This document shows positions 38,671 to 47,244 of a DNA stretch of 64,000 nt, in pieces (positions within the stretch are counted from its first letter, which is position 1; every line of letters begins with the position of its first letter). The notes below the pieces were generated by a model that saw only the letters and a list, made by a program, of their open reading frames with translations, was not told the DNA's origin and did no database searches. The DNA lies in assembly GCA_003599855.1 (NCBI GenBank), contig QZKG01000070.1:5698-69697 (forward strand). The letters run 5' to 3'. The position numbers and the translations under genes are program-made. The DNA comes from Gaiellales bacterium. GTDB taxonomy: Bacteria; Actinomycetota; Thermoleophilia; BMS3ABIN01.

Positions 38671-40875
38671 ATGAGCAAACTAATCGCAATATCAGTAATC
38701 GCCGGGGCCAGGCAATGGGTGAACGAGGCCGAGGAATCACTGCAGCTCGCCATCGACAACTTCGGCCCCGAGCAGGATATCGAGCTGCCCAATACCGGCT
38801 ACTACCTCCCGGTCATCTACGGCCTCACCGGCATCAAGGTGGAGAAGATCAAGGACATGGAGCAGGTGCTCGACCACGCACGCGAGCTGCTCCCCGGAGA
38901 TATCAGTGACAGCATCTGGACCCCGTACCTGGGCAACGCCCTCGACGCGGGTGTCGCCACGCTGTTCTCCCAGGAGATCATCGAGTCGCTGAGGTACCTG
39001 CATGAGCCGGGCTTCTATACCGGCACCGACACGCCCACCGATGACAACCTCTGGCTGGGCGCGGCGGATGACGTCATCATGCGCGAGCGCGGCGTCGAGT
39101 TCGTCGACGGCACGGCTCCCGGCTTCGCCGCCATCACCGGTTCGGCTCCCGATGTGGAGACCGCCGTCAAGCTGGCCCAGGAGCTCAAGGAGAAGATGCT
39201 CTACGTCTTCATCGCCGGCAAGAACCAGGTAACCAAGGTGAGCTTCGCCGAGCAGCTGGTGGAAGGCGGCATGGAGCTGGGCTGGAACACCCGCCTGGTG
39301 CCCTTCAGCCCCTACGTTTCCGGCCACATCTTCAGCCTCGGCTTCGCCACCAGGGCCGCGCTGGCCTTCGGCGGCGTGCAGCCGGGCGACTACCGGAACG
39401 TGCTCAAGTACAACAAGGACCGCGTCTTCGCCTTCGTGCTGGCGCTGGACGAGGTCTCGGACAAGAAATACGCGACGGCCGCCGGCGCCATATCTTACGG
39501 CTTCCCGACCATCGCCGACACGCCGATACCGGAGATCCTGCCCACGGGCGTCTGCACTTACGAGCACGTGGTCAGCAGCGTCCCCCATGATGAGATGGTC
39601 CAGCGCGCCATCGAGGTGCGCGGCCTCAAGGTGGTCGTCACCGAGGTGCCGGTGCCGGTAGCTTACGGCCCCGCCTTCGAGGGCGAGCGCATCCGCAAGG
39701 GCGAGTACTGGGTCGAGATGGCCGGGCCGAAATCGGCCGGTTTCGAGCTTACCGAGATAGCCGACAACGTCGAGGACGGCAAGGTTACCGTGGTCGGCCC
39801 CGAGATGGACGAGGTGGAGGCGGAATCCACCATACCCTTCGGCATCCATGTCGAGGTAGCCGGGCGCAAGATGCAGAAGGACTTCGAACCTATCCTCGAG
39901 CGCCAGGGCCACTCGTTCTTCAACGAGGCCGAGGGCGTGCTGCACATGGGCCAGCGCGACACCATCTGGTTCCGCATCAGCAAGCGGGCCCACGACGCCG
40001 GCCTCACCTTCGAGGACCTGGGCAAGATCATCCACGCCCGCTACCACGGGGAGTTCGGCGAGGTGGTGGACAAGGTGCAGGTGACGATCTACACCAACCA
40101 GGAGGACGTCGACCGGCTGATGGAGAAGGCCCGCGAAGCCTATGCCGAGCGCGACGAGCGCCTGGGGAGCCTCACCGACGAGAGCGTCGATACGTTCTAC
40201 TCCTGCATCCTCTGCCAGAGCTTCGCGCCGACGCACGTCTGCGTCATCACGCCGGAGCGTCCGGGCCTCTGCGGCTCGTACAACTGGCTCGACGGCAAGG
40301 CAGCTTACGAGATCAACCCCACCGGCGGCAACCAGCCGGTGCCCAAGGGCGAGACCGTGGACGACGACCGCGGCCAGTGGAGCGGCGTCAACGAGTACGT
40401 CAGGGAGCATTCCCAGGGTCAGGTGGAGGCGTTCAACACCTACTCGATGATGGAGAACCCCATGACCTCCTGCGGCTGCTTCGAGGTCATCAGCTGCGTG
40501 TTGCCGATGTGCAACGGCATCATGACGGTCAACCGAGAGTACAAGGGCGACACGCCTTCGGGCATGAAGTTCTCGACCCTGGCCGGTTCCGTGGGCGGCG
40601 GCGTGCAGAGCCCCGGCTTCCTGGGCCACTCCAAGTTCTACATGGGCTCGCCCAAGTTCATCTCGGCGGACGGCGGCATCAAGCGCCTCGTCTGGATGCC
40701 CAAGGAGCTCAAGGAAGAGATGCGCGACCTCCTCACCAAGGCCGGCGAGCGCGTCGGCGACCCCGGGCTGATCGACAAGATCTGCACGGAGGAGGAAGCG
40801 GTGGAGGAGTCGGAAGTGCTCGAGTACCTCCAGAAGGTCGGCCACCCGGCCCTGGAGATGGAGTCGCTGTTCTAG
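38671..40875 (+). CDS. acsB: Acetyl-CoA synthase (AcsB)
   Basis: A-cluster ligands YSCILCQSFAPTHVC, PGLCG and PMTSCGCFE. Confidence 0.97.
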   Translation: MSKLIAISVIAGARQWVNEAEESLQLAIDNFGPEQDIELPNTGYYLPVIYGLTGIKVEKIKDMEQVLDHARELLPGDISDSIWTPYLGNALDAGVATLFSQEIIESLRYLHEPGFYTGTDTPTDDNLWLGAADDVIMRERGVEFVDGTAPGFAAITGSAPDVETAVKLAQELKEKMLYVFIAGKNQVTKVSFAEQLVEGGMELGWNTRLVPFSPYVSGHIFSLGFATRAALAFGGVQPGDYRNVLKYNKDRVFAFVLALDEVSDKKYATAAGAISYGFPTIADTPIPEILPTGVCTYEHVVSSVPHDEMVQRAIEVRGLKVVVTEVPVPVAYGPAFEGERIRKGEYWVEMAGPKSAGFELTEIADNVEDGKVTVVGPEMDEVEAESTIPFGIHVEVAGRKMQKDFEPILERQGHSFFNEAEGVLHMGQRDTIWFRISKRAHDAGLTFEDLGKIIHARYHGEFGEVVDKVQVTIYTNQEDVDRLMEKAREAYAERDERLGSLTDESVDTFYSCILCQSFAPTHVCVITPERPGLCGSYNWLDGKAAYEINPTGGNQPVPKGETVDDDRGQWSGVNEYVREHSQGQVEAFNTYSMMENPMTSCGCFEVISCVLPMCNGIMTVNREYKGDTPSGMKFSTLAGSVGGGVQSPGFLGHSKFYMGSPKFISADGGIKRLVWMPKELKEEMRDLLTKAGERVGDPGLIDKICTEEEAVEESEVLEYLQKVGHPALEMESLF

Positions 40876-41084
40876 GCAGGCGATAACAGCCACCCGGCGG
40901 CGTCAGGAGCTGCTGCCGGTGGCTGACTCACATATCAGCCGGCCCGAGCCGGCACCCCAGGGAAGCGGTCCGGCAGGGCCGCTTCCCGGGTGAGATTGCG
41001 GCCCGGAGCGATTTGATATTTACTATTAGTCCAGCGTCAAGGTATCCGGTATCTGTTGTCAGACCGAGAAGGGAGTGTAGTTAA

Positions 41085-42431
41085 GTGGCTCTAAGTGGAT
41101 TGCAAATATTCAAGCTGCTTCCCAAGACCAACTGCAAGGAGTGCGGCTTTCCTACATGCATGGCCTTTGCCATGCAGCTCGCCGCCGGCAAGGCGGAGCT
41201 CGATCAGTGTCCCTACGTGACCGAAGAGGCGAAGGCGGAGCTGGGAGCCGCCTCGGCCCCTCCGATCCGCAAGGTGATCATAGGCGCCGGCGACATGGCG
41301 GTGACCGTTGGTGAGGAGACCGTTCTCTACCGGCACGAGAAGCGTTTCGAACACATGCCGGGCCTGGGCGTCCTGATCACGGAGGACATGGACGACGCCA
41401 CCGTCGACAAGCTGCTCGGCCAGCTGAAGGACATGGAGTTCAATTATGTGGGCCAGAACCTGCGGCCGCGGGTAGCGGCCATCAGGGCTGCAGACCCTGC
41501 TAAACTGGCCGCACTGGCAGCCAGGGCGGACTCGGCCGCGGGCGCCGCGCTGGTGCTCATCAATGACGACGCCGGGGCCCTGAAGGCGGCAGCAGAACCG
41601 CTCAAGGACAAGAAGCCGCTGCTCTATGCCGCCACGGAGGAAAACTTCGACGCGGTGGCGGCGGTAGCCGGTGAGCTCGGCGTTCCCATGGCCATCAAGG
41701 CTGATTCCCTGGAAAAACTGGCAGAGCTGGGGCAGAAGGCGGTGGATGCCGACCTCAAGGAGGTCGTGCTGGACCCGTCCTCGGCGACGCTGGGGGACGT
41801 GCTGATGGACCAGACGCTCATCCGCCGCGCGGCGATCAAGCAGACCTTCCGGCCGCTGGGCTTCCCCACGATCGGCTTCCCCTGCGACATGACCGATGAC
41901 CCCATGCTCGAGGCTGTTTACGCCTCGGTGTTCGTGGCCAAGTACGCCGGCATCGTCATCCTTTCGGACCTCGACCCGGCGCGGGTGCTGCCGCTGTTGT
42001 ACCTCAGCCAGAACATCTACACCGATCCGCAGAAGCCCATGCAGATGGAGCAGGGCATCTATCCGATCAACGAGCCAACCGAAGACTCGCCGATCCTCGT
42101 GACGACGAACTTCTCGCTGACGTATTTCACGGTCTCTTCGGAAGTAGAGGCCAGCAAGGTCCCCGCCTGGCTCTGCATCATGGATGTCGAAGGCCAGTCG
42201 GTGCTGACCGCCTGGGCGGCGGGCAAGTTCGTCGCCGACGCCATCGCTCCCTTCCTCAAGAAGAGCGGCATCGATGAGAAGGCGCCGCATAAGAAGGTCA
42301 TCATCCCGGGTTACGTCGCCCAGATATCCGGCGAGCTCGACGAGGAGCTGGGGGACGGCTGGGAAGTGCAGGTAGGAGTGCGTGAGGCCGCCGACATCCC
42401 CAAGTTCCTGCGGCAGTGGAGCGCGAATTAG
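41085..42431 (+). CDS. acsC: Corrinoid Fe-S protein large subunit (AcsC/CdhE)
   Basis: LPKTNCKECGFPTCMAFA...CP, IYTDPQKP, TTNFSLTYF and SVLTAWAAGKF. Confidence 0.97.
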   Translation: MALSGLQIFKLLPKTNCKECGFPTCMAFAMQLAAGKAELDQCPYVTEEAKAELGAASAPPIRKVIIGAGDMAVTVGEETVLYRHEKRFEHMPGLGVLITEDMDDATVDKLLGQLKDMEFNYVGQNLRPRVAAIRAADPAKLAALAARADSAAGAALVLINDDAGALKAAAEPLKDKKPLLYAATEENFDAVAAVAGELGVPMAIKADSLEKLAELGQKAVDADLKEVVLDPSSATLGDVLMDQTLIRRAAIKQTFRPLGFPTIGFPCDMTDDPMLEAVYASVFVAKYAGIVILSDLDPARVLPLLYLSQNIYTDPQKPMQMEQGIYPINEPTEDSPILVTTNFSLTYFTVSSEVEASKVPAWLCIMDVEGQSVLTAWAAGKFVADAIAPFLKKSGIDEKAPHKKVIIPGYVAQISGELDEELGDGWEVQVGVREAADIPKFLRQWSAN

Positions 42432-42652
42432 GGCACCGGCGGCGGTTTGCGGAACCGGACGAGGATCAGCAGGGGTGCGGGCAGCGAGCGCTCCCGTTTG
42501 AGCCCTGCTTCAGGAAGCACCCCGGGCAGCCGGCGGCGCAGTCAGCCTGACGCCCGTGGGGCAGGCGTGACGCGGGCCAGGGATACGTCCGGCGTCGCGG
42601 GCGCCTCGATCAGCCGCCGGCTCCGGCGATAACAACTCGATTTCAATTGATT

Positions 42653-44650
42653 ATGGCTCAGGACCAGACGATAACCAGGCATTTCTTCCGTCCCGGCACG
42701 GGTGATGACGGGCTGCGCCCGCCCTGCGAGGTAGCCTGCCCGATCCACACCGATGCCCAGCGCTATATCCAGCTCGTCGCGGCGGGGAGGTATGCCGACG
42801 CCCTGGAGGTGATCCGGGATACCAACGCCCTGCCCCAGTCCATCGGGCGCATCTGCGCGCACCCCTGCGAGGATGCCTGCAGGCGCGGCCAGGTGGATGA
42901 ACCGATAGCCATCTGCAACATCAAGCGGGAAGCCAGCGACGGCGCCAAGGCCGAGGGCCGAGGTTACGACCCGCCCCGCCCCCAGTTCGGAGACAGGAAA
43001 GTGGCGATCATCGGTTCCGGACCTTCGGGTCTGGCGGCCGCCCATGACCTCGCCCTGATGGGGATCAGGCCGGTGGTCTACGAGCGTCAGCCGGAGGCTG
43101 GCGGCTTCCTGAGGACGGGAATCCTCAACTACCGGCTGCCCAAGGATATCCTGGACGAGGACATCGCATACATAACCGGCATGGGTGTGGAGATCAGGAC
43201 CGGCGTCGCCATCGGGGAGGACGTCGGTTTCGACGAGCTGGCTGCTGAGCATGACGCGGTGCTCATAGCCGTGGGGCTCTCCGAGAGCCGATCGCTCCCC
43301 GTCGCGGGGGTCGACAACAGGGGCGTCCTGCTGGCTGTGCCCTTCCTCGAGGCGGTCAACGCCGGCAGGGAGGTCCCGGAGCTGGGCAAGGAGATCATCG
43401 TCATCGGCGGCGGCAACGTCGCTATCGACGTGGCTCGTTCTGCCAGGCGCGTTTCCGGCGGCGACGTGACCATGGTCTGCCTCGAGGCAGACCACGAGAT
43501 GCCTGCCCACGACTGGGAGGTCAGGGACGCAGTTGCAGAAGGAGTGAAGATAGTCTGCAGCCAGGGCCCTAACGCCATAGTCGGCGACGGACAGGTAGAG
43601 GGGCTGGAGATGAAAAGGTGCGAGTCGGTCTTCGACGAGCAGGGCCGCTTCGCGCCGACCTTCTGCGAGACAGAGCTTTCAACGCTGCCCGGCGACACCG
43701 TGATCATCTCCATCGGCCAGATGTCCGACATGTCTTTCCTGGGTGGTTCCGGGCCGGAGCTGGACGGGCGGGGCATACTCGTGTTCGACCGGGAGCAGTG
43801 CGCTACGACCCGGCGGGGTGTGTTCGCCAGCGGTGAGGTCGTCACCGGCCCGGGGGCCGCGGTGAGCGCCATGGCCAGCGGCAAGCGGGCCGCCATCGCC
43901 ATCGGCAAGTTTCTGGGCGTGGACGTGGATTTTCCCGCCGAGCCACGCGCTGTCAACGAATTGCCCGGTTACGTGGCCGGCATGATAAACAAGGGCGCCC
44001 GGCGCTCCGTGCCGGCGCGGCCTGAGGACGAGCGCGTCAGGGACTTCGGCGAGGTGGAGCTGGGGCTGGGCGAGGTGGACGGCCGCTGCGAGGCTTCGCG
44101 CTGCCTGCTCTGCGCCGCGGGCGCGCGCTATTCGGAGACCAGATGCATCTCCTGCCTCACCTGCGTGCGAGTCTGCCCCTACGCGGCGCCGGAGGCTGAC
44201 GGGAACGGTCTCCTGAAGATCGATCCCGACAAGTGCCAGGCGTGCGGCATCTGTTTCACCCAGTGTCCGGCCAAGGCGATCGACCTGGCTGTGCTTTCAG
44301 AGGACGACATCCGCGCTGCCGTAGACGCGGCGCTGGAGGGTAGCGGGGAAGTGGAGTTCGGTTGCTGGTATCCCCAGACGAGGGTCGCGGCTGAAGCCGG
44401 CGCAGTGATGCTGCCCTGCACCGCGCGCCTGAGCCTCGGCCTGGTGCTCTACGCCTTCGAGGCCGGCGCCGGGCGGGTACACGTGGCCGTCTGCAGCGAG
44501 GACGACAACGGCCGCTTCGTCACGGGGCATCGTCAGACCAGGGCGGTGGTCGAAGAGGGCCGCAGGGCATTGCAGGAGATCGGCCTGGACCCCGAGGCCC
44601 TGGTGTTGACCCTGGTCAAGGAGAAGAAATGCCTGAAACCGCAGCAATGA
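42653..44650 (+). CDS. GltD/NfnB-like FAD oxidoreductase fused to a 2x[4Fe-4S] ferredoxin and a C-terminal MvhD-like domain (likely MetVF partner)
   Basis: PPCEVACP, GRICAHPCE..C, IIGSGPSG, IGGGNVA, CISCLTCVRVCP, CQACGICFTQCP, LPCTAR and AFEAGA. Confidence 0.85.
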   Translation: MAQDQTITRHFFRPGTGDDGLRPPCEVACPIHTDAQRYIQLVAAGRYADALEVIRDTNALPQSIGRICAHPCEDACRRGQVDEPIAICNIKREASDGAKAEGRGYDPPRPQFGDRKVAIIGSGPSGLAAAHDLALMGIRPVVYERQPEAGGFLRTGILNYRLPKDILDEDIAYITGMGVEIRTGVAIGEDVGFDELAAEHDAVLIAVGLSESRSLPVAGVDNRGVLLAVPFLEAVNAGREVPELGKEIIVIGGGNVAIDVARSARRVSGGDVTMVCLEADHEMPAHDWEVRDAVAEGVKIVCSQGPNAIVGDGQVEGLEMKRCESVFDEQGRFAPTFCETELSTLPGDTVIISIGQMSDMSFLGGSGPELDGRGILVFDREQCATTRRGVFASGEVVTGPGAAVSAMASGKRAAIAIGKFLGVDVDFPAEPRAVNELPGYVAGMINKGARRSVPARPEDERVRDFGEVELGLGEVDGRCEASRCLLCAAGARYSETRCISCLTCVRVCPYAAPEADGNGLLKIDPDKCQACGICFTQCPAKAIDLAVLSEDDIRAAVDAALEGSGEVEFGCWYPQTRVAAEAGAVMLPCTARLSLGLVLYAFEAGAGRVHVAVCSEDDNGRFVTGHRQTRAVVEEGRRALQEIGLDPEALVLTLVKEKKCLKPQQ

Positions 44651-44660
44651 GGCGGCAACG

Positions 44661-45329
44661 ATGATAACCGCTGAACGAAAACCTTTTGAACAGATAAGGG
44701 CGGTCACCGACCAGTTCGGGAAAGTGCTGGTGGTGGGCTGCAACACCTGTGTAGCCGTCTGCCTGACCGGCGGTGAGAAGGAAGCCGAGGTGCTGGCGTC
44801 CCAGCTCAGGATCGCCCGCGGTCAGGACGGCATCGCTGGCAGCGTCGAGACCGTGACGGTGCTGCGCCAGTGCGAGAACGAGTATCTCGATGCCATCAGC
44901 GAGCAGGTGAAGGCTGCCGACCTGGTGCTCTCCACCGCCTGTAGCATCGGACCACAGGGCATCGCCGAGCGCTTCCCTGGCGTGCGGGTGGCCCCGGCGA
45001 TGAACACCAACATGATGGCGGTGGTCAAGGGGCACCACCACTGGGCTGAGTACTGTGTCGCCTGCGGTGATTGCGGCATCTTCAACACCGGCGGGATCTG
45101 CCCCATCGCCCGCTGCGCCAAGACGCTCATCAACGGGCCCTGCGGCGGCTCCCAGGGCGGCAGGTGCGAGATCTCCCCGGACGTCGAGTGCGTCTGGCAG
45201 CTCATCCATGACCAGCTGGTCTCCCTGGGGCTCGAGGAGAACCTCCGCAAGATCAGCGGCCCCAAGAAGTGGTCCAGCGCCAATACCGGTGGGCCCCGGT
45301 CGATGAAGAAGGAAGGGTTCAAGCCATGA
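44661..45329 (+). CDS. metV: Methylene-THF reductase Fe-S subunit MetV
   Basis: GCNTCVAVC, RQCE, CVACGDC and CPIARCAKTLINGPCGG. Confidence 0.92.
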   Translation: MITAERKPFEQIRAVTDQFGKVLVVGCNTCVAVCLTGGEKEAEVLASQLRIARGQDGIAGSVETVTVLRQCENEYLDAISEQVKAADLVLSTACSIGPQGIAERFPGVRVAPAMNTNMMAVVKGHHHWAEYCVACGDCGIFNTGGICPIARCAKTLINGPCGGSQGGRCEISPDVECVWQLIHDQLVSLGLEENLRKISGPKKWSSANTGGPRSMKKEGFKP

Positions 45330-46246
45330 AGTCGGGCTCGATACTGGAAAAAACCCTGGAATCCGGGGCTTTCGCAGTGACTGGAGAGCTGGGGCCGCCC
45401 AAGGGCGCGGACGCCGGCGTCATCACCAGGAAGGCCAACATCCTCAAGGGGCATGTGGACGCGGTCAACATCACCGACAACCAGACCGCCATCTCCCGCA
45501 TGGCCAGTATGGCGGCAGCGAAGATCGCCCTGGATGAGGGCCTGGAGCCGATCATGCAGATGACCTGCCGCGACCGCAACCGCCTGGCGATGCAGGCCGA
45601 CATCCTCGGGGCCGCGGCCCTGGGCATCAGGAACCTGCTCTGCCTGACAGGCGACCATCAGAGCTTCGGCAACCATCCGGACGCCATGGGGGTCTTCGAC
45701 CTTGACTCCGTGACGCTGATCAGGATGGTGAAGGACATGCGCGACGTGCCCGCCTTCCAGTGCGGCGAGGAGATAACGAAAGCGCCGGAGCTCTACATCG
45801 GCGCTGCCGCCAACCCTTACGCCGACCCGTTCCCGTTCCGCGCCATCCGCCTGGCCAAGAAGGTCGACGCCGGCATCGACTTCTGCCAGACGCAGATAAT
45901 CTTCAACGTGGACAAGTTCGACCAGTTCATGGCCCAGTGCCGCGAGCTGGGGGTGACCGAGCGCTGCCGGATACTCGCCGGGGTCGCGCCGCTCAAGAGC
46001 GCCGGCATGGCGAAATACATGAAGAACCGCGTGGCTGGCATGGACGTGCCCGAGGAGGTCATCAGCCGCATGGAGGGGGCGGCGGACGCCCAGGACGAGG
46101 GGATCCAGGTCTGTGTCGACGTGATAGACCGGGTCCGGGAGATAGAGGGCGTCGCCGGGGTGCACATCATGGCTGTCGAGTGGGAAGAGGCGGTGCCCGA
46201 GATCGTCAGCCGCGCCGGCCTCAGGCCTGGATCGGCACGGTCTTGA
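45326..46246 (+). CDS. metF: Methylene-THF reductase MetF
   Basis: ELGPPKG, NITDN, QMTCRDRN, LTGDH, QTQ and GVHIM. The ATG overlaps the metV stop. Confidence 0.95.
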   Translation: MKSGSILEKTLESGAFAVTGELGPPKGADAGVITRKANILKGHVDAVNITDNQTAISRMASMAAAKIALDEGLEPIMQMTCRDRNRLAMQADILGAAALGIRNLLCLTGDHQSFGNHPDAMGVFDLDSVTLIRMVKDMRDVPAFQCGEEITKAPELYIGAAANPYADPFPFRAIRLAKKVDAGIDFCQTQIIFNVDKFDQFMAQCRELGVTERCRILAGVAPLKSAGMAKYMKNRVAGMDVPEEVISRMEGAADAQDEGIQVCVDVIDRVREIEGVAGVHIMAVEWEEAVPEIVSRAGLRPGSARS

Positions 46247-46413
46247 GGGAGGCGCCGCCGGTTTTAAGTTTTGGCCCTGTCCGGATAAAATAGATGAGTT
46301 TGGATCAGGTCCTGGCCCTGGACTCCAGGAAAGTGACAGTTCTTTTCGCAGAACCCAAGCCGGAGAGCCCGCGCGGGCCCGGCAGACCGTAAATCGTATC
46401 TACAGGAGGCTGG

Positions 46414-47202
46414 ATGAAGGCGATAGCAGAGAACATCAACGTGATGTCGAAGAGCATAGGCGCGGCCATGGCCGAACGCAACGCCGAACCGATACAGCAG
46501 CTTGCCCAGGAGTGCACCGAGGCCGGCGCTGACCTGCTGGACATCAACCTCGGCCCGGCGCGCAAGGGCGGCCCGGAGCTCATGGAGTGGGTCGTCAACG
46601 CCGTGCAGGAGGCTTCCGACCTCCAGCTCTGCCTTGATACCAGCAACCACGAAGCGATGGAGGCCGGCATCAAGGCCTGCAAGAAGCCACCGCTCCTCAA
46701 CTCCTTCAGCGCCCAGCCGGACAAGCTGGAGAACATCCTGCCGCTGGCGGCCAGGTACGACTGCGAGATCATCGGACTGACGATGTCGACGCACATACCC
46801 CTCGATGCCGACGAGCGCATCGCCGTGGCCTACGAGATCGTCGCCGCCGCCAACGAGCTGGGCATCACCAACGACCGCATCTGGATCGACCCGATCATCC
46901 TGCCCATCGGCGTCGAGGTGGGTCAGGCCCACGCGGTGGCGGTGCAGGAGGTGCTCAGGATGCTGCCCGAGGTCTTCGACCCCAACGTCCAGACGACCTG
47001 CGGCCTCTCGAACACCTCCAACGGCGCGCCCGATGAGCTCCGGGGCGTGATCGAACAGGCTTTCGTACCGATGCTGGCCGCCTGCGGCATGACCTCGGCC
47101 ATAGTCAATGCCAAGGACAAGGAGCTGATGCGCACGATCAGGCTCATCAAGGACTTCAAGAACGAGGCGCTGTACTCGGTTTCAGACGCGGAGCTCAAGT
47201 AA
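46414..47202 (+). CDS. acsE: Methyl-THF:corrinoid Fe-S protein methyltransferase AcsE
   Basis: IAENIN, LDINLG, CLDT, LLNS, IDP and GLSN pterin-binding barrel motifs. Located in the acs cluster. Confidence 0.9.
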   Translation: MKAIAENINVMSKSIGAAMAERNAEPIQQLAQECTEAGADLLDINLGPARKGGPELMEWVVNAVQEASDLQLCLDTSNHEAMEAGIKACKKPPLLNSFSAQPDKLENILPLAARYDCEIIGLTMSTHIPLDADERIAVAYEIVAAANELGITNDRIWIDPIILPIGVEVGQAHAVAVQEVLRMLPEVFDPNVQTTCGLSNTSNGAPDELRGVIEQAFVPMLAACGMTSAIVNAKDKELMRTIRLIKDFKNEALYSVSDAELK

Positions 47203-47244
47203 GCAGGCTCCCGCAGGGGGCTAGCCCGTACCAGGCAGGAGACA

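Noticed and set aside
42432..42652. Cobalamin riboswitch between acsC and the oxidoreductase
   Set aside because: GC-rich stems are present, but there is no B12-box or GGGAA/ACTG core.
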